A DNA stretch of 64,000 bases from Chrysemys picta bellii (taxonomy: Eukaryota): NCBI RefSeq assembly GCF_011386835.1, contig NC_088807.1, positions 25,854,001 through 25,918,000 of the forward strand. Reading direction: 5' to 3'. Numbering within the stretch: position 1 is the stretch's first letter; every line of letters begins with the position of its first letter. The translations under genes and the position numbers were made by a program. The notes beneath the pieces are model-generated. The model saw nothing but the letters and a program-made list of their open reading frames with translations. It made no database searches and had not been told where the DNA came from. Positions 20,005 through 32,976 of this stretch are shown here, piece after piece.

Positions 20005-23000
20005 ATGGCAGCGGCTGGGGGGGCCGGAGGCGGCGGGGACCAGGCGGCCGCGGGGGGTGAGACGCGGGCCGGGGGGGCCCCGGGGGGCCGCCGCGGGGGG
20101 CCGGTGGCAGTGGCGGGGTTAAGGCGCAGCGGGGAAGTGGACATGGGCAGGCGGGGGGGGCACGTGGGGGGGGGCGCCGGGGGGGGCAGCGCAGAGGGGG
20201 CGGGTCCCTAGCTGTGATTGGCGGGCGCAGACCCTGGTGCGGGTGGGGGGAAGCCCACGCCACGGGAGGGGGGTAGATGCCGGGGGGGTCCCTGGGGGGG
20301 GGGGGGGTTGTGGCTCATGCTCAGTGGGGAGATGCCGGGGGCAGGGGGGTGATGGGGGAGCGGCTGCTGGGGGGGGGGGCAGTTTCCGGGGACACTGCAG
20401 GGAGGGGGACACTGAGGAACCGGGGGGGGAGGGGGGGACACAGGGGGAAGTGGGGAGGGGAGCCCGGGGGGGGGGGGCAGACCCTACAAACGGGGGGGTT
20501 GGTTTAGACCCTGGGACGGCGAGGGAGGGAGGCTGCAGTGGGTCTGGGTGTGGGGCGGGGTGGCGTAGGGAAGACCAGGGAATTGCTGCTGCTGAAGGGG
20601 GAGCGTGTGGGGTTGGACATACGCAAGGGGGGGTGTCTGGTGTACAAAGAGGAGCTCTGGCCCCCATGATGAGCAGGGCGGGTTGCACACGGGGGGGGAT
20701 GGAGAGAGATGGGGCGGGAGTGGGATTTCCTGCTTTTCTCCCCACTCGGAGGTGCCGTTACGTGTAGCTGTTCCGCAGCTGCTCCTCCCCAGAGGCAGCT
20801 GCGTCTGTGTCGTGTGAGCCATTCCCGGCGTAGTCTGCCGGATTTCCCCCTCACGATAGCACTGGGCCGGCCTGACCGTTCCTTGGATTGGAATGCGGTC
20901 AAGGGAGGGAAATTCCCCACCCTTTTATCGTATTTCCTGGTTTGACTCCGGACAGGTGTGTGTTTGCTTAGCCGGCTGCAGCAGGAAGCCAGTCACTTCA
21001 CTGCATCTGGTTCCCTTCAGTTGATGCCAAATCCCCCCCACCCCCCCCCCCCCCCCCCCCCCGGGCACCTGAAATGCTGCCAGTCTTTCTTCCGGGACTC
21101 AGGAGTTGAAATTAGCAGCAATCGATCACGCTGGGAAGCAACATCTAGATCGGATCATGGGCCCACCTACCCGGTGTCCTGCCTCCGACCAGAGAAATCC
21201 TTGTCTCCCAGCTCCTGAGAGCTGTTTGGCCCCTGCCCCGATGGGCACAAATCTTTGGTGGTGGGTTGACAGTTTCTATTATGGTAGGGTCTACAATCAA
21301 ACTTCCACTGTGCTCGGCGTGGATTCTTTCGATTCCGGTCGACGCCATGCAGATTTCTGTGGTGTTAGGGGCTGGCCAGACACAGGGCAGAAAGCCCCGT
21401 CTTTTGTTTCATTAGACCGTCTTTGGCTGCTGAGTGGGGAGCTCATCATCTGTGAACAGGAGGAGAAAGTCCTGAGCTGTGGGGAAAGGCCCCGGGGTGT
21501 CTCCAGACGAGCTTGGGACATATTAACGCCATGGGACGAGGGCCTCCTCCGGACGCCCGTGTTCTGTTCTGGCCAGCCTGCATCCGAGGAAAAAGAGGGG
21601 GGCAGAGGAGGGCTCATCAGGGGAGCAGCGAGCTGATCTCGCCATGGGCGGCTGCAGGAGCGGGTCTAGTTGAGCCGAAAACACAGGCTGATGAGGGGTG
21701 GGGATGAAGCACCAGGGGGAAGAGCTACTGACGCTAAGCGACAACCCCAGCACGAGAAGAAATGGGGATAAACTGGCCAAGCAGTGATTGAGGAAGTTTT
21801 GAACCACCTGAGGGAGAGGGCGAGCCATCCCTGTGCAGTGTTATGTGCAGCTGTTCCCCAGCTGCCCCGCCCCAGAAGTGGCTGCATCTCAGCACCGCAA
21901 GCCCCCTGAATGCATCCTGCGTGTGGTGGGGCCGGGGAGGGGGAAAGCCTGCCTTCTGCATGTGGATTAGATCAGTGTGCAAGGGGGCGTCGCAGGATTT
22001 TGGCATTGGGGGATTGGCTGGGTGCAGCGTTGCAGGGAAGGGGTGTGTGTGGAAGGCCATGGGGGGTCTGATCTGGGGAGGGGGACGCCAGGCGGGCTGG
22101 GCCCTGGGTCTGATGGGGGAAGGGGGGGGACGCCAGGCGGGCTGGGCCCTGGGTCTGATGCGGGGGGGGATGCCAGGCGGGCTGGGCCCTGGATCTGATG
22201 CGGGGGGGGGATGCCAGGCGGGCTGGGCCCTGGGTCTGATGCAGGGGGGGGGACGCCAGGCGGGCTGGGCCCTGGGTCTGACTGGGTGGGGACGGACACC
22301 AGGCGGGCTGGGCCCTGGGTCTGATGGGGGAAGGGGGGGGACGCCAGGCAGGCTGGGCCCTGGATCTGATGCAGGGGGGGGGGGACACCAGGCGGGCTGG
22401 GCCCTGGGTCTGACCGTCCCTGTCCCGCAGGGAACCGTCGGTTGAAGTACATCAGCCTGGCGGTGCTAGTGGTCCAGAACGCCTCCCTCATCCTGAGCAT
22501 CCGCTACGTGCGAACCCTGCCTGGGGAGCGCTTCTTCGCCACCACGGCCGTGGTGATGGCTGAACTGCTCAAGGGAGCCACCTGCCTACTGCTCATCTTC
22601 ATCCAGAAACGAGGTAGGGGGCCTGGGCAGGGCAGGGCAGGGGGCGCTTTCCCCTGGTAGTCTAGGCCAGGCGCTGTGGGGAGCTGGGCAGATAGGTAAG
22701 CCATCCGCTGGCAGTCCGGCCCGGGCGCTGCGGGGGGCTAGGCAGGCCGGGCTGGGCGGGTGCCGCGGGGGGCTGGGCGGGCTGGGCTGGGTGGGCACCG
22801 CGGGGGGCTGGGCAGTCCGAGCCGGGCGGGCGCTGCGGGGGGCTAGGTGGTCTGGGCTGGGTGGGCCGGGCTGGGCGGTCCGGGCGCCATGGGGGGCTAG
22901 GAGGGCCAGGCGGGCGCCATGGGGGGCTAGGCGGGCCGGGCTGGGTGGGCACCGTGGGGGGCTGGGTGGGCCGGGCGCCATGGGGGGGCTGGGCAGTCCG

Positions 23001-24112
23001 AGCCGGGCGGGCGCCGCGGGGGCTAGGCGGGCCGGGCTGGGTGGGCGCCAGGCAGACCGGTGAGCCGTCCCCGGCGCGCTCTCTCTGCCCGCAGGCAACG
23101 TGAAGCAGTTCGCCCTGTTCCTGTACGACGCCGTGGTGCTGCAGTACATGGACACGCTGAAGCTGGCGGTGCCCTCGCTGATCTACACGCTGCAGAACAA
23201 CCTCCAGTACGTCGCCATCTCCAACCTGCCGGCAGCCACCTTCCAGGTGGGACCCCAGCCCCGACGCCGGGCTTGATGGGCCCGTCGGTGTGCCCGGGGA
23301 TACTGGGGTGGGGGGTCCCATGCGAGGCTGGGGGCAGTCAGGAGGGGATGCCGGCCTGGCCCCCCGCGGTTCTGACCTGCCTGCCCGCCGCCCCGCAGGT
23401 CACCTACCAGCTGAAGATCTTGACCACGGCCGTCTTCTCCGTCCTGATGCTCCACAGGAGCCTGTCGCGCCGGCAGTGGCTGTCGCTGCTGCTGCTGTTC
23501 GCCGGCGTGGCCATCGTCCAGGTGGAGCAGGGCCAGGCGGGCGGGCAGAGCTCCCCGGGCTCGGCCCCCCAGAGCTACGCGGTCGGCCTGGTCGCCGTGG
23601 TGGTCTCCTGCCTCTCCTCGGGCTTCGCCGGCGTCTACTTTGAGAAGATCTTGAAGGGCAGCTCGGCCTCCGTCTGGCTCCGCAACGTGCAGCTCGGCAT
23701 CTTCGGGACCCTGCTGGGGCTGGTGGGCATGTGGTGGGCCGAGGGGGCGGCCGTGGCCGCCCAGGGCTTCTTCCACGCCTACAGCCCGCTGGTGTGGGGC
23801 GTGGTCCTCAACCAGGCCTTCGGCGGCCTCCTGGTGGCCGTGGTGGTGAAGTACGCGGACAACATCCTCAAGGGCTTCGCCACCTCGCTCTCCATCGTGG
23901 CCTCCACCGTGGCCTCCATGTACCTCTTCGGGTTCCGGCTGCACCCGCCCTTCGCCCTGGGGGCTGGGCTGGTCATCGGGGCCGTCTACATGTACAGTCT
24001 GCCCAAGGCTGGGCCGCCCCTGGGCCCCCGCCAGGAGCCCACCACCCCGCCGCCCCTCGGCAAGGAACCCAGCGAGCCGGGCTACCTGCCCAAGTCAGTG
24101 CTGGTTGAGTGA
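20005..24112 (+). CDS. SLC35A2: UDP-galactose transporter (UGT1-type C-terminus), 366 aa
   Basis: Exons 20005-20056, 22431-22613, 23095-23246, 23399-24112; [18 protein letters not shown]...[16 protein letters not shown]...LPKSVLVE*. Candidate AATAAA at 26443-26448. Confidence 0.95.
22070..22412. repeat. ~42-bp minisatellite directly upstream of the SLC35A2 exon 2 acceptor
   Basis: Units GGGGGACGCCAGGCGGGCTGGGCCCTGGGTCTGAT; the last unit ends in CTGAC 20 nt before the AG. Confidence 0.85.
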
Positions 24113-27100
24113 GGCCTGCTAGGGGGGTGGGGTGGGGGGTCTCTCCTGGGCTGTGAGCCCCTCCTGGTCTCCCCTGCCCCCTCCATCTGTCCTTGCCCCC
24201 CACATCTCTCTGCCCCTCCTACCTTGGCTCCTGCCCCAAGTCTCCCTCACTTGAGAGGTCTTTGGGGGGAAGCATGTCCCCCTTTTCCACCCCCTCCAAG
24301 CATTCTGCTGCTGCTCCCCTCTGGATCCCCTGCTCCACATCTGTCCCCCGCCCTGCTCCACTTCAGACCCTGTTCCCCTCTCCTGGGGCAGGATGACGGA
24401 CCCCCGACGCTCAGCCCAGGAGAGGCATTTAGGTGCACACTACAGGGGGGAGAGGTTATGTGGGGGTCACCTCCAGCCCCCCAAGAGACCATGATTCCCC
24501 CCCCCCCCCCCCCGAGCTGCAGGGGCCGGCAAATGGATTGAGCCAGAGGATTATTTTTGTACGATACCAAAGCAGCCCCGATGGCCGGTGCATCAAGACG
24601 GGGGGCGGGAGGGAGCCCCCAGCAATGGCTCGGCCGTACCAAGCTGGCACATGGAGGAAGGACTCACCACCCTTCCAAAGGGCGATGATTCGCCCGGGCA
24701 CTGTGGGAGTGCTGCCCCCTGGACTCCCCACAGCACCCCCTTTGTCGGAGTAGTCTCACGCACAGCCCCCCAACTTGTTAAGTTGAGGGAAGGAGCTGGG
24801 AACCAGGACTCCTGGGTTCTCTCCCTGGCTCGGGGGGGGGGGGGAATGGGGTCTAGTGGGTAGAGCAGGGGGGCTGGGAGTCAGGACTTGCTGTCTGTAA
24901 ATTTCAGCGGAGTTCCTCCCCCAACACTGTGACTCAGTTTCCCCCGGGTGTTCCAGGACGCGGACCTGGGGCTCGGCTGGGTGGGAGCCATTAATTACTA
25001 ACCCATATCTCCCCGGCGGGAGGCGGCGTCCCTGGGCGAGCAGATCCCGGGGGCAGTGGGGACAGAGGATGCTGTGGTACCATACAGTGGGGAGCAGATG
25101 GTGTGAACATGCAGCGCCCCCCGACTCCACTGCAAACCCCTTCCCAGCAGCTGGGGGGCTGGCCCCATTGCCGCTGCTGGGGGCTATCCCCAGGGACTCC
25201 ATGGAGCGACGGCTGATGGACGCCGGGGGGCTGGCCCCTACCTCAGACAAATGAGATGACTAGATATATTTTGTGTCACTCTACCCTGTGCTGCTATTGA
25301 GGGGTGGGGGCCTGGGAGCCAGGAATCCTGGGTTCTCTCCCTGGCCCTGGAATGGGAGTGGAGTCTACTGGTTAGAGCAGGGGGGAGGGGGACTGGGAGC
25401 CAGGACTCCTGGGTTCTTTCCCCGGCTTTGGGATGGGAGTGGAGTCTAGGTGGTTAGAGGAGAGGGGAAGGGGGACTGGGAGCCAGGACACCTGGGTTCT
25501 CTCCCGGGCTCTGGGATGGAAGTGGAGTCTAGTGGTTAGAGGAGGGGGGAAGGGGGACTGGGAGCCAGGACACCTGGGTTCTCTCCCTGGCTCTGGGATG
25601 GGAGGGGAGTCTAGGTGGTTAGAGGAGGGGGGAAGGGGGACTGGGAGCCAGGACACCTGGGTTCTCTCCTGGGCTCTGGGATGGGAGGGGAGTCTAGTGG
25701 TTAGAGCAGGGAGGGGATCCAGGGCTCCTGGGTTCTATTCCTGGCTTGGGGGGGTCTGGGGTCTCATGGCTCTGCCTCAGTTTCCCCCCACTGTACAGCA
25801 TCCCAGCTGTGGGGAGCTGGTCCCTGTGCTGTCCCGGCGGGAAAGCTGTTTGCCCCACGGCTCAGGGAGTGTGTGTGGGGGGGGACTGAGGGGGTGTTAG
25901 AACAGAAGAATGGCCGTACCGGGTCAGACCAAAGGTCCATCTAGCCCAGTGTCCTGTCTACCGCCAGTGGGCACTGCCAGGTGTTAGATGAAGGTCACAG
26001 CCCTGGTAACCAGGGTGGGGGCCGGGGGCGTTGTGATGGTACATGCGCCGTCATCTGATGCCCTGCTGACCTGGGGGAAGGGGCTAGCTTATCGCTTAGG
26101 GTCTGCGTCCCAGCCAGGACGCCTGGGTTGTCTCCCCGGCTCTGGGAGGCGAGTGGAGGCTGGTGGCTCAGAGCAGGGGGCTGGGAGCCAGGACTCCTGG
26201 GTTCAATTCTCAGCTCCAGCCCTCTCTGCCTCCGTTTCCCTCCCTGCCCCAAAGCCGGGGGGAGCGCTGCTTTGCCAAGGGGCCAGCGGGCTGGGTTTGG
26301 GGCGGGGCACACCCTCCCGCGGGGGCACTACCACTGCACATAGATGCCGGGTGACATATTTTGTACGGACCGGGGGTGGGTGGGTTTTTTAAACGCCTGT
26401 AACCCTGCCGGCCGCTGTCCTGTCTGCAGAGCCGCCGCGCGGAATAAAGAGAGTGTATTTATTTAGCTGGCGTGCTTGGTGATTGATGGGGGACGACAAC
26501 ACGTGTGTGGGGGGGTCCTAGGATTCGTGTTAGTGCATGACCTCTAACCCTACTAACAGCTGGGGAATGGGGCAGGGGCCTATCCCCTCTGCAGGGCACC
26601 GGCTCCCACCCGGCCCCAGGGCAGGGACTGGCTGGCTCAGGGGGGCTGGTAATGGGGCTGGGATCTGTCCCCTCTGGGGGGCGCCGGCTCCCACCCAGCC
26701 CCAGGGGAGGGACTGGCTGGCTCAGGGGGGCTGGTAATGGGGCTGGGATCTGTCCCCTCTGGGGGGCGCCAGCTCCCACCCGGCCCCAGGGCAGGGACTG
26801 GCTGGCTCAGGGGGGCTGGTAATGGGGCTGGGATCTGTCCCCTCTGGGGGGCACCGGCTCCCACCCGGCCCCAGGGCAGGGACTGGCTGGCTCAGGGGGG
26901 CAGGGAATGGGGCAGGGACTGGCTGGCTCAGGGGGGCGGGGAATGGGGCAGGGGCCTGTCCCCTCCAGGGGGTGCTGGCTCCCATCAGCCCCAGGGCAGG
27001 GACTGGCTGGCTCAGGGGGGTGGGGAGTGGGGCAGGGGCCTGTCCCCTCTGGGGGGCGCCGGCTCCCACCCAGCCCCAGGGCAGGGACTGGCTGGCTCAG

Positions 27101-27919
27101 GGGGGTGGGGCAGTGGCCTGTCCCCTCTGGGGGGTGCTGGCTCTGCTCCTGAGGTAAGTTTGCCAGGTCTCAGCCCCACCCTGGGGCTGCAGCTCCCCCA
27201 GGCAGGGCCCCCGGCCCCCACAAGCTGAGCCCTCCACTTCTCCCAGGGCTCAGTGCCAAAGGTGGAGAGGGGGTGACCCCAACGCTGTCCCCTGGCCCAT
27301 CAACCCCCCCCGCCCATGTTCAGTGGTGGTATTATCCCCCGTGTCTGCACTGCCGGGGTCTCCACGGAGATTGGGGAACCCCCATGGGCAGGGCCCAGAC
27401 CTCCCCAGCTGGTGATCAGAGTCACCCCCTGCCACTGGGGCAGGGGCTGCACCGATGCCCCCCGCAGGGGGAGAGAGATTCCCAACCGCCAGGTCGTGGT
27501 GGCAGCAGTGGGGAAACCAAGACAGGGAATGGACTTTCCCAGTGGCACCCAGAGGTGGGCCAGGAGCCCCAGGGCAGGGACTGGCTGGCTATGGGGGAGG
27601 GTGAGAATGGGGCATAGGGCCTGCCCCTTGGGGGGACTCGCTGGCTCCTGGGGGGCGGGGATGGGAAATGTCTCCTGTACTCTTGGCTATTAGCAATGAA
27701 AGTGGGGTGCTGGAGCTAGTTTCTTAATATCCCTGAGCCCCTATTGCTGGGGGAGGGGGCAGTGGGGCAGTCATAGGATGTGGGGGGAGCTGGGGAACTC
27801 CAGGGCTTGGGGGGTGGAGAATTCTGTGGACCCCCCCCCCTCAAGCAGACCCGCAGGACCAGCCCCCCCAAAATTAACCAGGTACATTGTAAGCTGCATG
27901 AACTACTGGGTTGTGGGAG

Positions 27920-29530
27920 GCTGGGAACCCGGACTCCTGGGTTCTCTCCCCGGCTCTGGGAGGGGAGTGGGAGCTGGTGGGTTAGTGTATGTGTGTGTGT
28001 GGGGGGGGCTGGCAGCCAGGACTCCTGGGTTCTCTCCCCAGCTCTGGGAGGGAAGTGGGAGCTGGTGGTTAGAGCAGGGGGGGCTGGGAGCCAGGACTCC
28101 TGGGTTCTCTCCCCGGCTCTGGGAGGGAAGTGGGGGCTGGTGGTTAGAGCAGGGGGGGCTGGGAGCCAGGACTCCTGGGTTCTCTCCCCAGCTCTGGGAG
28201 GGAAGTGGGGGGCTGGTGGGTTAGAGTGGGGGGGGGGGGGCTCGGAGCCAGGACTCCTGGGTTCTCTCCCCGGCTCTGGGAGGGGAGTGGGAGCTGGTGG
28301 GTTAGAGTGGGGGGGGCTGGGAGCCAGGACTCCTGGGTTCTCTTCCCAGTCTGAGCTCCAGCTGCCCCAGCCCAACCATCCCCGTTTCTCTTGCAGGCTG
28401 CCATGTAAAGAGAAGGGTTCCTGAGTTGGGCAGCGACTGGGGGGGGGGCGATGGTCGCCACGTCTCCAAGCATCCGGCTTCGGCAAGGGGCCCCTCCGCC
28501 CTGCCCCAGAGGTGGCTGCATCGTGGTGCCGGCTGAGGCAGCCTGGGATCCTGCCAGCAGCTTTCAGAAATAAGTAGGAGATGCAATGGAAGGGTAGGGC
28601 TGGGAGCCAGGACTCCTGGGTTCTCTCCCCAGCTCTGGGAGGGGAGTGGGGGCTGGTGGTTAGAGCAGTGGGGGGCTGGGAGCCCGGATGCCTGGGTTCT
28701 GTCCCCGGCTCTGGGAGGGGAGTGGGGGCTGGTGGTTAGAGCAGTGGGGGGCTGGGAGCCCGGATGCCTGGGTTCTGTCCCCGGCTCTGGGAGGGGAGTG
28801 GGGGCTGGTGGGGTAGAGCAGGGGGGGCTGGGAGCCAGGACTCCTGGGTTCTCTCCCCGGCTCTGGGAGGGGAGTGGGGGCTGGTGGATTAGAGCAGGGG
28901 GGCTGGGAGCCAGGACTCCTGGGTTCTCTCCCCGGCTCTGGGAGGGGAGTGGGGGCTGGTGGTTAGAGGTGGTGGGCTGGGCGCCAGGGCTCCTGGGTTC
29001 TCTCCCGGCTCTGGGAGAGGAGTGGGGGCTGGTGGTTAGAGCAGGGGGGGCTGGGAGCCAGGACTCCTGGGTTCTCTCCCCGGCTGTGGGAGGGGAGTGG
29101 GGGCTGGTGGTTAGAGGTGGTGGGCTGGGCGCCAGGGCTCCTGGGTTCTCTCCCGGCTCTGGGAGAGGAGTGGGGGCTGGTGGTTAGAGCAGGGGGGGCT
29201 GGGCGCCAGGGCTCCTGGGTTCTCTCCCGGCTCGTGGCGGGGAGTGGGGTCTGGTGGTTAGAGCAGGGGGGGCTGGGAGCCAGGACTCCTGGGTTCTCTC
29301 CCCGGCTCTGGGAGGGGAGTGGGGGCTGGTGGTTAGAGCAGGGGGGGCTGGGCGCCAGGACTCCTGGGTTCCCTCCCCGCTCTGGGAGGGAAGCGGGAGC
29401 TGGTGGGTAAGAGTGGGGAGGCTGGGAGCCAGGACTCCTGGGTTCTCTCCCGGCTCTGGGAGGGGAGTGGGCCTGGTGGGTTAGAGCATGGGGGGCTGGG
29501 AGCCAGGACTCCTGGGTTCTCTCCCGGCTC
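27920..29530. repeat. Long array of the ~63-bp repeat (G-rich strand on +); others at 25310-25730, 37890-38245, 39500-39790, 42900-43680, 44720-45050, 50350-50640
   Basis: Tandem GGCTGGGAGCCAGGACTCCTGGGTTCTCTCCCCGGCTCTGGGAGGGGAGTGGGGGCTGGTGGTTAGAGCAGGGG units. Confidence 0.9.
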
Positions 29531-30096
29531 TGGGAGGGATCTGGGAGCCCCACCTCACTGCCATTTCCTGATTCACCCTGCCTCAGTTTGCCCTTCCATA
29601 AAAGGCAGGCAGCCATTCCTACCTCCCAGAAGGGGATGCGCCCGCTTACAGCGTGGCCAGTCCCCCTCGCTCAAGCCCCCCAGTGCTTATGGGGAGGACA
29701 CAGGCCTGAGCGCTCAGTCTTAATGCCCCCTAACACAGTGGCTATGGGGCAGCCCTGTGGAACCCCCTGTTTTTATCACTCCCCGCTGTGGCCTTTTCTA
29801 TTTATTGTCCAACATGGAGTTTGACACAACGGCATATGTGTCCTGTCATCTGTGGAGCTGCAGGACGCCTGGGTTCTCTCTCCCGCTCTGGGAGGGGAGT
29901 GGGGGCTGGTGGGTCAGAGCGGGGGGGGCTGGGAGCCAGGACTCCTGGGTTCTCTCTCGCCTCTGGCTCCAGGACCCAGGGAACTACCTGAGAGCGCCCC
30001 CTGCCCAGCCCCCCTGCAGGCCGGGCACACACACAGGTTGGTCCCCATTGCATCGCTCCAGGTTTATTACAAAGGTGGGGGTTGGGGGGGCGGGGG

Positions 30097-32065
<1,969 letters not shown>

Positions 32066-32399
32066 CTGGAGCGGCGGAACCTTGGGGGGGGGGGGGGGGG
32101 AGCGTCAGCTGGGGGGGTGCGGGGCCCCCGCGTCCCACATCCCCCCTGGGGCTCCTCCTCCTCCGCCCCTCCCCCCTAGGGCCCCCTCCTCGGCCCCCCT
32201 CCGCCCCTCGGGCCCCTCCCTCCTGGGGCTCCTCCTCCTCCGCCCCTCCCCCCTAGGGCTCCTCCGCCGCCGCCCCTCCCCCCTGGGGCCCCCTCCTCGG
32301 CCCCCCTCCGCCCCTCCTCCTGGGGCTCCCCCCGCCCCGCCCCCCGGGCTCCCCCCCACCAGTCTCCGTCCGGCCCCCCCGCTCTCCAGGCTGCACCTA

Positions 32400-32976
32400 G
32401 AGCCCCCCCTGCAGCCACGCACGTGACGCACTCGGGCCAGTCAGCGCCCTCCCCTGCCCCTCTCGCTCACCTGATCCCGCGGGCAACTTGCCCCCGCCCC
32501 CAGGCCCATGTGACCGGCTCCGGCCAATGGGAGGGAGGAAGGCGGGGCTGTCCAGCTCTCCTTTTCCGGCTGACCAATCAGAAGAACAGAGCAGAGGGTC
32601 CCGCACCCCCCCAGCTGACGCTCCCCCCCAAACACAACCAATCAGAGCGAAGACCGCATAATCACGTGGTACCCAGGAGCCTGTGAGAAGGGGCAACATA
32701 CGTCACGTGCTCGCAGAAGAGCCAATAGGGAGGCGGAATCCCCTCCTCACGTGCTCGCAGGGCCGGACCAGAGGGGGTCTCCCCCGCCACGTGACTCCAA
32801 CTGACCAATGAGAGATTGGATACACCTCCTGGCGCCTTTATGTGACGTGTCGGGGGGCAAACACACGTGATCCCAGCTGCCCAATAAGAGGCCGCGGGAG
32901 TGAGCCGCTACGTCAGAGACGGGACAAGGGGGCAGAGCGTTTCACCCACGTGACCGCGCGGTCGCCGTTTGGAGCC
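32400..32976. promoter_or_regulatory. Bidirectional PQBP1/TIMM17B CpG-island promoter
   Basis: Head-to-head genes; about 6 CCAAT boxes interleaved with about 7 CACGTG E-boxes. Confidence 0.8.

Noticed and set aside
27920-29530. GGTTAGAG within the ~63-bp unit as an interstitial telomere
   Set aside because: One degenerate hexamer per unit, with no tandem TTAGGG.
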